This document shows positions 44,634-54,333 of a DNA stretch of 63,872 nt, one piece after another. Position 1 is the first letter of the stretch, and every line of letters begins with the position of its first letter. Source of the DNA: Flavobacteriales bacterium (GTDB lineage: Bacteria; Bacteroidota; Bacteroidia; Flavobacteriales_D; Sanyastnellaceae); assembly GCA_022428285.1 (NCBI GenBank), contig JAKMCX010000099.1, positions 1-63,872 of the forward strand, given 5' to 3'. The translations under genes and the position numbers were made by a program. A model generated the notes under the pieces. It was not told the origin of the DNA. It searched no databases and saw only the letters and a list, made by a program, of their open reading frames with translations.

Positions 44634-46145
44634 ATGGATAAAACTGCTCTCATCATTCTCGACGGCTGGGGAATCGGTCTGCCCAACGACAACAATGCCG
44701 TTCACATGGCGCACACCCCATGTTTTGACGGGGTCATGGCGGATCATCCCCACGCGCGATTGACCACACACGGAGAGCAAGTTGGATTGCCCGAGGGACA
44801 AATGGGCAACAGCGAAGTGGGCCACCTCAACATCGGGGCCGGCAGGATCGTCTACCAAGACTTGCTGCGGATTGACCGGGCGGTTACCGACGGTTCATTG
44901 GCGACTGAGCCGACCTTGCAAGAGGCGATGGCGCGGGCCAAGGAGCCCGGACGCCGCTTGCATTTGATGGGACTCGTGAGCAAAGGCGGTGTGCACAGCC
45001 AGCAAGAACACCTTCATGCTTTGCTTCGCATTGCTGCCGATGCCGAAGTGCCAGATGTGGTGGTGCACGCCTTTACAGACGGCCGCGATACAGCTCCAAA
45101 GTTGGGTGCGGGTTACCTCCAAGAATTGGAGGAAGTGTGCGAAGAGACGGGCGCGGCCATTGCGACAGTGTGCGGCCGTTACTGGGCCATGGACCGAGAC
45201 CACAGGTGGGAGCGCATTGCCAAAGCATACCACGCCATGGTTCACGGCAAGGGCCAGCCGTTTGAAAACGCGGCGATGGCCATGAAAGACGCCTATGGGG
45301 CAGGCACGACAGACGAGTTCGTGGAGCCCGCCGTGATGGAAGGGGTCGACGGGTTGCTGCGTCCGGGCGACGTGGTGTTCTGTTTCAATTTCAGGACGGA
45401 CCGGTGTCGCCAAATCACAACAGCCTTGACCCAAGAGGCCTTCGACGCGCAAGGGATGGCTCCCATCGACTTGCACTATGTGACCATGACCAACTACGAC
45501 GAGCGGTTCACGGGCGTCGAGGTGCTCTACGACAAACCCAACTTGGAGATGACCTTGGGAGAGGCCGTCTCGGCTGCTTCGGGTACACAGCTGCGTTTGG
45601 CGGAGACCGAGAAATACCCGCACGTGACGTTCTTCTTTAGCGGAGGGCGGGAACAGGAATTCCCAGGTGAAAAGCGCGCTGTGGTGCCTTCTCCAAAAGT
45701 GCCCACGTATGACCTTCAACCGACCATGAGTGCGGCAGGCGTTGCCGATGCGGCCATCGGTGCGATGGGCTCAGACGCTGCGCCCGATTTCGTGTGTTTG
45801 AATTTCGCCAATCCCGATATGGTGGGCCACACAGGAGTGTTTGAGGCCGTTGTGGCGGCGTGCGAAGAAACGGACCGACAGTTCTCTCGGGTGCTCGAAG
45901 CAGGGCGCTCGTCGGGATACCGGTTCGTCATCATTGCCGATCATGGCAATGCAGAGTACGCCCGCAACGGTGATGGAACACCCCACACGGCACACACCAC
46001 CAACCTGGTCCCTGTGGTGGTCATCGAGCCCGAAGCACGTTCTGTGAGGGATGGAATTCTCGCGGATGTCGCACCTACGGTGTTGCATCTCATGGGAATC
46101 GAATCACCAGAGGAGATGACCGGAAGCAGTTTGATCGGCGCCTAA
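44634..46145 (+). CDS. gpmI: 2,3-bisphosphoglycerate-independent phosphoglycerate mutase
   Basis: 503 aa from ATG 44634 (MDKTALIILDGWG), with GNSEVGHLNIGAGR and ..ADHGNAE.. motifs. Confidence 0.95.
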   Translation: MDKTALIILDGWGIGLPNDNNAVHMAHTPCFDGVMADHPHARLTTHGEQVGLPEGQMGNSEVGHLNIGAGRIVYQDLLRIDRAVTDGSLATEPTLQEAMARAKEPGRRLHLMGLVSKGGVHSQQEHLHALLRIAADAEVPDVVVHAFTDGRDTAPKLGAGYLQELEEVCEETGAAIATVCGRYWAMDRDHRWERIAKAYHAMVHGKGQPFENAAMAMKDAYGAGTTDEFVEPAVMEGVDGLLRPGDVVFCFNFRTDRCRQITTALTQEAFDAQGMAPIDLHYVTMTNYDERFTGVEVLYDKPNLEMTLGEAVSAASGTQLRLAETEKYPHVTFFFSGGREQEFPGEKRAVVPSPKVPTYDLQPTMSAAGVADAAIGAMGSDAAPDFVCLNFANPDMVGHTGVFEAVVAACEETDRQFSRVLEAGRSSGYRFVIIADHGNAEYARNGDGTPHTAHTTNLVPVVVIEPEARSVRDGILADVAPTVLHLMGIESPEEMTGSSLIGA

Positions 46146-46160
46146 ACGGGCATTGAACCT

Positions 46161-48305
46161 TTACTGCCGCTCCCGCATGAGCTGCACCGTTCCGCGGAAA
46201 CTGGTGCCGTCGTTGCGGTCAAAAATGTAGTAGTAGGTCCCATCGGCGGCACCCACACCATCCCAAGTGGAGTCGTAATTCTCGTCGTAGAAAATTTCGC
46301 CTCCCCATCGGTTGTAGATCCTGATGCTGCTGCCCGGATAGCCCTCGATCCCCTCGATCACAAAACGGTCATTTTCCCCGTCATTGTTTGGGGTAAAGAT
46401 GTTCGGAATGATGGTCTCGCAGGCTTCAGCGGTCACATCGACATCGGTCGTATTGCCACACTCGTCCTCGATGACCACGGTGATGGTGGTGTTGCCGCCG
46501 CCTACATACATGCTTCCGGTTCCGTTGGTAAACACCACATTGGAATCGGTTTCTGCGGTCAATGGCACGCCGTCAAGTCCCGAAAAAGTATACAGAAGGG
46601 TCCCGCCGTCCACGCCCAAGACGCCTTGTTGGAAGAGGCAGAAAGTGGCGTCGGCACTGACGATGGGTTCATAGGTGGGCACCACTACGGTCCAGTCGGC
46701 TTCATCGGTTTGCCCGCAAGCGTCTTCCGCACTGACCGTGAAGGTCTCATTGGTGCTCGGGCTCACATTGGCATTGCCACCATTAGAATTGTCGACGTTG
46801 CCGGACCAATCCCAGTCTACAGCGCCACTCCCAGAAACCACATCGGTTCCCAGTGACACTGGGTCACCTGGACAGTAAGGCGCATTTTCTTGGATGATTT
46901 CGACTTCGAGTGGCGTCGGGTTCACCAAGTCAATGGGGGTCACGGTAGAGTCTCCACAGACATCCGTCACGGTCAGGAAAATGGTCGTGGGTTCGAGGTC
47001 TTCGTATTGGATGGAGGTCGTGGTGTCCCCCGTACTCCAGAGGTATCCAAAGGGGGCATATCCCTGAATGACGGTCGCGGAAATTTGAACGGGTGGACAC
47101 AGCGCCACTTCGTCTGGAACTTGCACCAACAGCGGGTCAGGGTCTTGAATGACGAGGGTGGCGGCGACCAGGGTAGAGTCCCCACACAAGTTGACATACA
47201 GGTACTCCAAAGTCACCGTTTCTGGCCCTTCTTCTATGCCGTCGGCAAAAACGTCAAGGGGGATTTGCTGCTCATTTTCCCCCACCTGAAATATGATGGT
47301 GGTGTCCAAGGTGGCGAAGTCAACCCCCTCTTCTGCCGTGCCGTAAACAAAGATGTCGAGGGTGTCGATCGAAGTGGTCACGGGCCGGATCACCGTAAAG
47401 GCGGCTTCGTTGCAGCCTTCGACCACAACAGTGTCTCCCAGAAATATCGGGGAGTCCCCGATGCTCGCAGACGCCTCGATGGTGGCGCCGTTGGACTGGA
47501 AAGAACCCGATTCCAGGATCACGATGGATTCCAGCGCTGTATCCGTACCGTCGGCAATGGCAAGTCTAATGTGGTAGGTTTCGCCGCAAATGACGGGGCT
47601 TTTCGCCGTCATAAGAACGGTGTAGCCGTTCTGACACAAAACAGAATTGGGATTGTTGTTGATGTAGAATTCTGAGTTGGTCACGTTGTTGACCGAACTG
47701 ATCGTGATGGGCAACTGTGGGTCGGAATCGGGGACTTCGGCCAAGTTGATGGCATCATTGAGATAAGGTCCGTCAATCCCTGGTCCATCCAAGAAGAACC
47801 CGAAAATGTCATTGTACTGTGTGTTGATCCAAGTGAGGTACTCGTCGGATCCAAAGACATAATTGAAACGGATGGAGTCTCCCGTGGCTTCGAAATCGAA
47901 CTCAATGGCGCAGATGTCATTGACGGAGCTCACGCTGAAGTTCTGCCCGATCAGGCCAGGAACGCTGTTGGCGATGTTGAGCAGGTCTGCATCTCCGGAT
48001 ACTTCCAGGCCATCATCGATGACATCTTCTTGACAGCCCATGTTGATGTTGGCCGGGTTAGATGCCACTTCGGTGCTGAGGATGAGTCCTTCAGTAATGG
48101 GGAATTCACCCGGGTCAAAACCCAAGATTTGACCAATTTGAACAGGGCTTCCGGTGAGTTCAATGTTGCTCGCTTCAATGCCTTCTCCGAGAAGAATGTC
48201 GTTGACGTAGGATTCTACGGTCAGCGTGCTGTTTACCTGGACTTGAGTCCAAGCAGAGGTGCAAGCGCCCAAGAACAATAAAACCAGAATTTGACAGAGG
48301 CGCAT
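46161..48305 (-). CDS. Secreted choice-of-anchor-L-like / Calx-beta protein with type B T9SS C-terminal domain
   Basis: Signal peptide MRLCQILVLLFLGACTSAWT. N-terminal GEGIEASNIELTG..GLILSTE..DADLL..IEFDFEATGDSIRFNYVFGSDEYLTW..NDIFGFFLDG. Calx-beta-like GVDFATLDTTIIFQVGENEQQIPL. The tail (46164-46412) IIPNIFTPNNDGENDRFVIEG..IYNRWGGEIFY..GTYYYIF is type B (gliding-motility C-terminal domain). Confidence 0.85.
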   Translation of the reverse strand: MRLCQILVLLFLGACTSAWTQVQVNSTLTVESYVNDILLGEGIEASNIELTGSPVQIGQILGFDPGEFPITEGLILSTEVASNPANINMGCQEDVIDDGLEVSGDADLLNIANSVPGLIGQNFSVSSVNDICAIEFDFEATGDSIRFNYVFGSDEYLTWINTQYNDIFGFFLDGPGIDGPYLNDAINLAEVPDSDPQLPITISSVNNVTNSEFYINNNPNSVLCQNGYTVLMTAKSPVICGETYHIRLAIADGTDTALESIVILESGSFQSNGATIEASASIGDSPIFLGDTVVVEGCNEAAFTVIRPVTTSIDTLDIFVYGTAEEGVDFATLDTTIIFQVGENEQQIPLDVFADGIEEGPETVTLEYLYVNLCGDSTLVAATLVIQDPDPLLVQVPDEVALCPPVQISATVIQGYAPFGYLWSTGDTTTSIQYEDLEPTTIFLTVTDVCGDSTVTPIDLVNPTPLEVEIIQENAPYCPGDPVSLGTDVVSGSGAVDWDWSGNVDNSNGGNANVSPSTNETFTVSAEDACGQTDEADWTVVVPTYEPIVSADATFCLFQQGVLGVDGGTLLYTFSGLDGVPLTAETDSNVVFTNGTGSMYVGGGNTTITVVIEDECGNTTDVDVTAEACETIIPNIFTPNNDGENDRFVIEGIEGYPGSSIRIYNRWGGEIFYDENYDSTWDGVGAADGTYYYIFDRNDGTSFRGTVQLMRERQ

Positions 48306-48430
48306 GTGCTTGGTGTTGGTGGGCGCAAAAGGACGTTCGAAACGTAAATTAAAGGCTTATTCATTTTTATCGTGCGCTCTGGACAGCGCACGAGGGGAAA
48401 AGACCGGTGCGTGTGCCGTTTCTTTGAATC

Positions 48431-49123
48431 ATGCCAGCTTTGATTCAGGTACAAGATGTGTGGAAGACCTACCAGGTAGGCGACCAGCAAGTGCATGCCT
48501 TGAGGGGGTTGTCATTGGATGTAGCCAAAGGAGAGTATACCGCGTTGATGGGGCCATCTGGATCGGGCAAGTCGACCCTCATGAACATGCTGGGCTGTTT
48601 GGACACCCCAACATCAGGCAGGTATGAACTCGCCGGGGAGGATGTGGGTACGCTCGATGACGACGCCTTGGCGGACATCCGCAACCGCCGCATAGGGTTC
48701 ATATTCCAAACGTTCAACCTGATGCCGCGCTACACGGCGCTCGAAAATGTGGCCCTGCCCATGGTGTATGCCGGCGTGGGGGCGGCCGAACGCACAGCCC
48801 GGGCGCAAGACGTTTTGAAGCAGGTCGGTTTGGGCGACAGGATGGACCACAAGCCGAATGAGCTTTCGGGGGGACAACGCCAAAGGGTGGCTGTGGCGCG
48901 GGCCTTGGTGAACCGGCCAGACCTGCTTTTGGCGGACGAACCCACAGGCAACCTCGACACCAAGACGTCGGTCGAAATCATGGCCCTTTTCGAGGAAATC
49001 CACGCGGCCGGCAATACGGTGATCGTCGTGACCCATGAAGAGGACATTGCCGCCCATGCCCACCGTGTCGTTCGCCTTCGTGATGGGGTGGTTTCTAGCG
49101 ACGATCAACAACGCGCCATTTAA
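48431..49123 (+). CDS. ABC transporter ATP-binding protein (MacB/LolD-like ATPase)
   Basis: 230 aa; Walker [10 protein letters not shown], signature LSGGQRQR, Walker B LLLADEPT. No permease adjacent. Confidence 0.9.
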   Translation: MPALIQVQDVWKTYQVGDQQVHALRGLSLDVAKGEYTALMGPSGSGKSTLMNMLGCLDTPTSGRYELAGEDVGTLDDDALADIRNRRIGFIFQTFNLMPRYTALENVALPMVYAGVGAAERTARAQDVLKQVGLGDRMDHKPNELSGGQRQRVAVARALVNRPDLLLADEPTGNLDTKTSVEIMALFEEIHAAGNTVIVVTHEEDIAAHAHRVVRLRDGVVSSDDQQRAI

Positions 49124-49203
49124 GGTGTGAATCGCCGCATCTTTGCAATGCAGCCGGAAGACTTCCGGAATAAAGTGATTGCAGTTCTTCAAAAGACGCC
49201 AAA

Positions 49204-50634
49204 GTGAAGCGCCATACGATTTCCCAATTGCTCGACACCGCCCTCGCAGGGGAGGAGGTGACCGTTTGTGGATGGGTCCGGACATTCCGGAATGACCAAT
49301 TTCTCTCCATCAATGACGGGTCCAGCTTGTCCAATCTGCAGCTGGTGGTCGACCGTGAAAATACCAGCGAGGACCTGCGAAAGCGGCTCACAACCGGGGC
49401 CGCCATCTCAGCCGTTGGTGTTCTGATCGAAAGCCAGGGCAAGGGCCAAGCAACAGAAGTTGAGGTCAAGAAGCTGGAGGTCCTCGGGGATGCAGACCCA
49501 GAAGTGTACCCCATTCAGATGAAGCGGCACACGATGGAATTTCTCCGCGAGAAGGCCCACCTGAGGTTCCGCACCAGCACGTTCAATGCGGTGTTCCGTC
49601 TGCGCCATGGTTTGCAGTACGCCATCCACGAGTACTTCGATCAGAACGGATTCAACATGCTGCACACGCCCATTGTGACCGGCAGCGATGCCGAGGGCGC
49701 AGGGGAGATGTTTCAGGTGACCACACTGGACCTCGACAATGTGCCCCGCACAGAGGATGGGGCCGTTGACCACGGTGCGGATTTCTTTGGCAAAGCCGCC
49801 AACCTGACCGTCAGTGGCCAGCTCGAGGCTGAGTTGGGGGCCATGGCGCTGGGCAAAGTGTACACCTTTGGTCCCACCTTCCGCGCCGAAAACAGCAACA
49901 CCTCCCGGCACTTGGCGGAGTTCTGGATGATCGAGCCCGAAGTGGCGTTCAACGATTTGGACGACAACATGGACCTCGCAGAGGATTGCCTGCGTTTTGT
50001 CTTGACCCGCATGTTGGAACGTTATCCCGCAGAGCTGGAGTTTTTGGCCAAGCGCGAGGCCGATGCCGAGAAGCAACTTCCTGCCGATCAGCGCAATGAA
50101 ATGGGGCTCATCGAGCGCCTGCGCTTTGTGACAGAGAACCCCTTCATCCGCATCACCTACACCCAAGCGATTGACCTGCTTCGCAATTCCAAGCCCTTCA
50201 AAAAGAAGAAGTTTAAGTATCCAGTAGAGTGGGGGGTGGATTTGCAAAGCGAGCACGAGCGCTGGCTGGTAGAAAAGAAGTTCAAGCAGCCCGTGATCTT
50301 GACCGATTACCCGGCCGAAATCAAGGCCTTCTACATGCGGGCCAACGACGACGGCAAGACAGTGGCAGCCATGGACGTATTGGTTCCTGGCATCGGAGAG
50401 CTTGTAGGCGGCAGCCAGCGCGAGGAGCGGCTGGACCGCTTGCAGCAGAAATGCGCAGAATTCAACATTCCAGAAGACCATGTGTGGTGGTACCTCGACA
50501 CCCGACGTTTCGGAACGGCCCCACACGCCGGTTTTGGACTCGGTTTCGAGCGCTTGGTGATGTTTGCTACTGGAATGACCAACATCCGAGACGTGATTCC
50601 ATTTCCAAGGACCCCGCTCAACGCCGAATTCTAA
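49204..50634 (+). CDS. asnS: Asparagine--tRNA ligase
   Basis: 476 aa with GTG start. OB anticodon-binding N-terminus, class II motifs (FRAENSNTSRHLAEFWMIEPE; GFGLGFERL). Confidence 0.95.
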   Translation: MKRHTISQLLDTALAGEEVTVCGWVRTFRNDQFLSINDGSSLSNLQLVVDRENTSEDLRKRLTTGAAISAVGVLIESQGKGQATEVEVKKLEVLGDADPEVYPIQMKRHTMEFLREKAHLRFRTSTFNAVFRLRHGLQYAIHEYFDQNGFNMLHTPIVTGSDAEGAGEMFQVTTLDLDNVPRTEDGAVDHGADFFGKAANLTVSGQLEAELGAMALGKVYTFGPTFRAENSNTSRHLAEFWMIEPEVAFNDLDDNMDLAEDCLRFVLTRMLERYPAELEFLAKREADAEKQLPADQRNEMGLIERLRFVTENPFIRITYTQAIDLLRNSKPFKKKKFKYPVEWGVDLQSEHERWLVEKKFKQPVILTDYPAEIKAFYMRANDDGKTVAAMDVLVPGIGELVGGSQREERLDRLQQKCAEFNIPEDHVWWYLDTRRFGTAPHAGFGLGFERLVMFATGMTNIRDVIPFPRTPLNAEF

Positions 50635-50668
50635 ATACTGCCACCCCGGTGGCCTGCGTTAACATCAT

Positions 50669-52123
50669 ATGCTCAATCAAAGCCTTCAACAAAAGCTCCA
50701 ACAAAAGCTGAGTCCACAGCAGATTCAGTTGATGAAGCTGTTGCAGGTGCCCACTTTGGAGCTGGAGGCGCGGATCAAAGAGGAACTCGAGGCCAACCCC
50801 GCTTTGGAGGAGGGCCGTGAGGAAGAGGCGCAAGTGGATACGGCAGACGGATTGGATGATGACCGCGGAGAAACCCGCGACGATTTTGACTTTGATGCCT
50901 ACCTCGATGACCCCACGCCGGGGTACCGTTACGCGGTCAACAACCACGCAGAACACGAGGACAGAGACACAGCATTTGGGGCAGGAGAAACTTTCTCGGA
51001 CCGCTTGGCCGCGCAAGTGGGACTCCAACCTGTAACGGACCGGCAGCGCATGCTCGCCGCGTTTCTGATTGGCAACTTGGACGAGGCTGGTTACCTCAGA
51101 AGGGACCTCTATGCGATTTCCTCCGATTTGGCCTTTGGCCAAGGCGTGGAAGTGACCGAGGAGGAGCTGGAGGTGGTGTTGGCCATCGTGCAGCGGCTGG
51201 ATCCGGCGGGAGTTGGTGCGCGCGACCTCAAGGAATGTCTCGTGCTGCAGCTCGATCGGAAATTGGAGGTGGCCGGCGTTGACGCCCGTGAAGGCCTGGC
51301 TTTGGCAAAGCGGATTTTGGATGAGCAGTTCGATGCCTTCACCAAAAAACACTACGACAAGCTCGTGGCCAGGCTCGATGTGGGGGAAGATGCCCTGCGC
51401 GCAGCCATGGCCGAAATCACACGGTTGAACCCCAAGCCCGGCAATTCAGGTGCCGACAACGCCCGCCCCATTCAAGCGGTTGTTCCAGACTTTCATGTGT
51501 CTGTAGAAGGAGACGAGCTGCGCCTTCAAATCAACGGGCGCAACGCTCCGGAGTTGAAGGTCTCCAACGAATACCGCGACATGATGCAGGGCTATGCGGC
51601 GGCGAAAGCGCCCGACCGCGCCCAGAAAGAAGCCATCACTTTTGTGAAACGCAAGGTCGATGCGGCCAAGTGGTTCATTGACGCCATCAAGCAGCGCCAA
51701 AACACGTTGCGCGTGACCATGCAGGCCATCCTGCATTTGCAAGAGGCCTATTTCCTGTCCGGCGACGAGACCCAACTCAGGCCCATGATCCTCAAGGACA
51801 TTGCGGACCGCATCAACATGGACATCAGCACAGTATCGCGGGTGGCCAATTCCAAGTATGTCCAAACCCCTTACGGGACTTTCCTGCTCAAATCGCTGTT
51901 CAGCGAGTCTCTGACCACAGAGAGTGGAGAGGAAGTCTCGACCCGGGAGGTCAAGAAGATTTTGGAAGAAGCCGTGGACGCGGAAGACAAACGCAAGCCG
52001 CTCAGCGATGAGAAGCTCATGAACGTCTTGCAAGAGAAAGGATACCGCATCGCGCGGAGAACGGTAGCGAAATACCGAGAACAGCTGGGCATTCCCGTGG
52101 CCCGATTGCGCAAAGAGCTCTGA
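50669..52123 (+). CDS. rpoN: RNA polymerase sigma-54 factor
   Basis: 484 aa. N-terminal Q/L-rich region I (LQQKLQQKLSPQQIQLMKLLQ) and RpoN box ARRTVAKYRE. Confidence 0.95.
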   Translation: MLNQSLQQKLQQKLSPQQIQLMKLLQVPTLELEARIKEELEANPALEEGREEEAQVDTADGLDDDRGETRDDFDFDAYLDDPTPGYRYAVNNHAEHEDRDTAFGAGETFSDRLAAQVGLQPVTDRQRMLAAFLIGNLDEAGYLRRDLYAISSDLAFGQGVEVTEEELEVVLAIVQRLDPAGVGARDLKECLVLQLDRKLEVAGVDAREGLALAKRILDEQFDAFTKKHYDKLVARLDVGEDALRAAMAEITRLNPKPGNSGADNARPIQAVVPDFHVSVEGDELRLQINGRNAPELKVSNEYRDMMQGYAAAKAPDRAQKEAITFVKRKVDAAKWFIDAIKQRQNTLRVTMQAILHLQEAYFLSGDETQLRPMILKDIADRINMDISTVSRVANSKYVQTPYGTFLLKSLFSESLTTESGEEVSTREVKKILEEAVDAEDKRKPLSDEKLMNVLQEKGYRIARRTVAKYREQLGIPVARLRKEL

Positions 52124-52737
52124 TGCGGACTTTGGCGTTGGTGGTCTCTTATGTGCTGCACCCTTTGTGGGTGCCGCTCTTCCTGTTCTTGCTGTTGTGG
52201 TCGGTAGACCCCTGGTTGAGGTTGCAGCCGGCGATGATGGTGTACGTGACCTCCATTCTTCTGATCAATGCCCTGGCACCGGCGATTTCTATTTATGCCT
52301 TGCACCGAAGGGGGGCGCTGAGCGATTTGGAGGCCTCGCAGCGCAGTGAGCGGACCATCCCCTTCATTGTGGTGATGTTCTACCAAGTGCTGGGTTACTA
52401 TGCACTTACGCGGCCAGGAGTGTTTCTCCCTTCGGAGGTTCTGGCGCTGGTGTTGGCCATGATGGGGTCTTTGGCAGTGGCGATGGTGCTGACCCGCTGG
52501 ATCAAGGTAAGCATGCACCTGCTGGCCCAAGGGGGTGCATTGGGCGCCCTGTGGTCTTTCAACATGATGCACGACCTCGGACTGGGTGCCGTATTGCCCA
52601 TCGGATTTGTGGTCGCAGGGCTGGTGGGCTGGTCGCGCATGCGGTTGGGTGTTCACACCCCCAAAGAACTCGCGTTGGGCTTCCTGCTGGGTTTTGCAGT
52701 GGTCCGGTCTTTTGTGGAATGGGGAGGCGTACCCTGA
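52123..52737 (+). CDS. PAP2-like integral membrane protein (tentative)
   Basis: 204 aa with 5-6 TM spans. SMH and SRMRLGVHTPKE resemble PAP2 motifs SGH and SR-x5-H-x3-D (with D to E). Start overlaps the rpoN stop (TGATG). Confidence 0.5.
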   Translation: MRTLALVVSYVLHPLWVPLFLFLLLWSVDPWLRLQPAMMVYVTSILLINALAPAISIYALHRRGALSDLEASQRSERTIPFIVVMFYQVLGYYALTRPGVFLPSEVLALVLAMMGSLAVAMVLTRWIKVSMHLLAQGGALGALWSFNMMHDLGLGAVLPIGFVVAGLVGWSRMRLGVHTPKELALGFLLGFAVVRSFVEWGGVP

Positions 52738-52740
52738 AGG

Positions 52741-53766
52741 TCAGGCGAGTTTTTCCTGCCAGCGCCAAGCGTCGGCGAGGCACTCTTCCAATGATCGCTT
52801 GGTGCGCCATCCGAGCAAGTCCTCCGCCTTCGATGCGTCGGCATAAATGGCCATGACATCGCCGGGGCGGCGGTCTCCAAATCGGTGAGGCACAGCGCGG
52901 CCAGTCGCTGTTTCAAAGGCAGAGATCACTTCCTTGACGCTGCTTCCCTTTCCTGTTCCGAGGTTAAAGGCTTCCATAGCACCGCTGTGGCCTTCCAGCC
53001 ATTGCAAGGCCGCTACATGGGCCTCGGCGAGGTCGCAGACGTGCAAGTAATCCCGAATGCAAGTGCCGTCCGCCGTGGGATAGTCTTCACCAAAAACGGT
53101 CAATTCCGACCTCAATCCAGCCACGCTTTGTGTGAGGAACGGCACGAGGTTAGCAGGGGTTCCGATGGGAAGCTCTCCAATCTCTGCCGAAGGGTGCGCA
53201 CCGATGGGGTTGAAGTACCGCAGCAAGGCGATGCCCAATTCGCCTTGTCCGGCAGCGTGGCTGTAACCCAGCAACGTCTCGCATGCCTGCTTGGTGAATC
53301 CATAGGGCGAGGCGGCGGGCTGTATGGGCGCAGTTTCGCCGACAGGCAGTGCCGTGGCTTCGCCATAAACGGTGCAAGAGGAGCTGAACACGAGGTGTTG
53401 AACACCGGCCTTGCGCAGCATCTGGGTCAGTTTGGCTGTTGCGCCAATGTTGTTCGAAAAGTATTGTTCTGGAGCCTCCACGCTCTCGCCCACAGCTTTG
53501 TCCGCCGCGAAGTGAATGGCGCCGTGAACGGGGGTCTTGAAGACAGCCTTCATGCCCTCCTCGTCTGCACAGTCCACGGCGTGAAACTCCACGCGATGGC
53601 CCAGGATGCGCTCAAGACCATCCAACACCTCTGGCCGGCTGTTGCGCAGGTCGTCCACGATGACAGGCACATAACCTGCTTCGGTCAACGCAACGGCGGT
53701 GTGCGAGCCTATAAAGCCTGCTCCTCCTGTCACAAGAATGCGCCGTGGGATATCGTTTTGGGACAT
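52741..53766 (-). CDS. galE: UDP-glucose 4-epimerase
   Basis: 341 aa from ATG 53766. VTGGAGFIGSH Rossmann motif and SPYGFTKQ (Y-x3-K). Confidence 0.93.
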   Translation of the reverse strand: MSQNDIPRRILVTGGAGFIGSHTAVALTEAGYVPVIVDDLRNSRPEVLDGLERILGHRVEFHAVDCADEEGMKAVFKTPVHGAIHFAADKAVGESVEAPEQYFSNNIGATAKLTQMLRKAGVQHLVFSSSCTVYGEATALPVGETAPIQPAASPYGFTKQACETLLGYSHAAGQGELGIALLRYFNPIGAHPSAEIGELPIGTPANLVPFLTQSVAGLRSELTVFGEDYPTADGTCIRDYLHVCDLAEAHVAALQWLEGHSGAMEAFNLGTGKGSSVKEVISAFETATGRAVPHRFGDRRPGDVMAIYADASKAEDLLGWRTKRSLEECLADAWRWQEKLA

Positions 53767-53841
53767 GCTGCAAATATCGGTAACCCTAACGGGGTTTCCC
53801 CCGTAATACCGACGTCGGATTCTGTTCGACACGGTTCCACA

Positions 53842-54273
53842 ATGCACGCGAATCACTATAACCTCGATTACCTCAAGCAGGTGTTCCAAGGCAACGATGC
53901 CATGGTGCTGCGCATTCTCGATATTTTCGAGGAGGAGGTGCCGAAGTATTTCGCGGAAATGTCCCTGCTCGCCGATGCGGGTCAATGGGGCGGACTGCAT
54001 CCGTTGGCACACAAAGCCAAGAGCAGCATTGGCATGCTCGGTATGCAGCGGCTTTTGACAGAAGTATTGGTGGTCGAAAACTTGTCCCGTACCGAGGGTG
54101 ATGTGGCGGAACTGAGCGCCGCCCTGTCCCGTGCCAAGACCCAACTCGGCACCGCCCTTGAAGCCCTGCGTTCAGACCGTGCTGGCGGTTTGCTGCACAG
54201 CCCAAAGTTGGGATCGGAAGGGCAGGATAAGGCTGTTGACCGCCACAACGATGGCCGGCTTTACCGCGCTTAA
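53842..54273 (+). CDS. Stand-alone HPt (histidine phosphotransfer) domain protein
   Basis: 143 aa from ATG 53842. FxxE..helix bundle pattern with the phospho-His motif LAHKAKSSIGMLG. The upstream part of listed ORF 52885..54273 is antisense to galE and is not believed. Confidence 0.65.
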   Translation: MHANHYNLDYLKQVFQGNDAMVLRILDIFEEEVPKYFAEMSLLADAGQWGGLHPLAHKAKSSIGMLGMQRLLTEVLVVENLSRTEGDVAELSAALSRAKTQLGTALEALRSDRAGGLLHSPKLGSEGQDKAVDRHNDGRLYRA

Positions 54274-54333
54274 AGGCCGCACGGTTCATTTGTAAAGAGC
54301 GAGGTTTCCACCGTGGCGCGGTATTTTTGCGCC

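Noticed and set aside
52885-53841. N-terminal 319 codons of listed ORF 52885..54273
   Set aside because: This part is antisense to galE. Only the last 143 codons, from ATG 53842, look like a real (HPt) protein.
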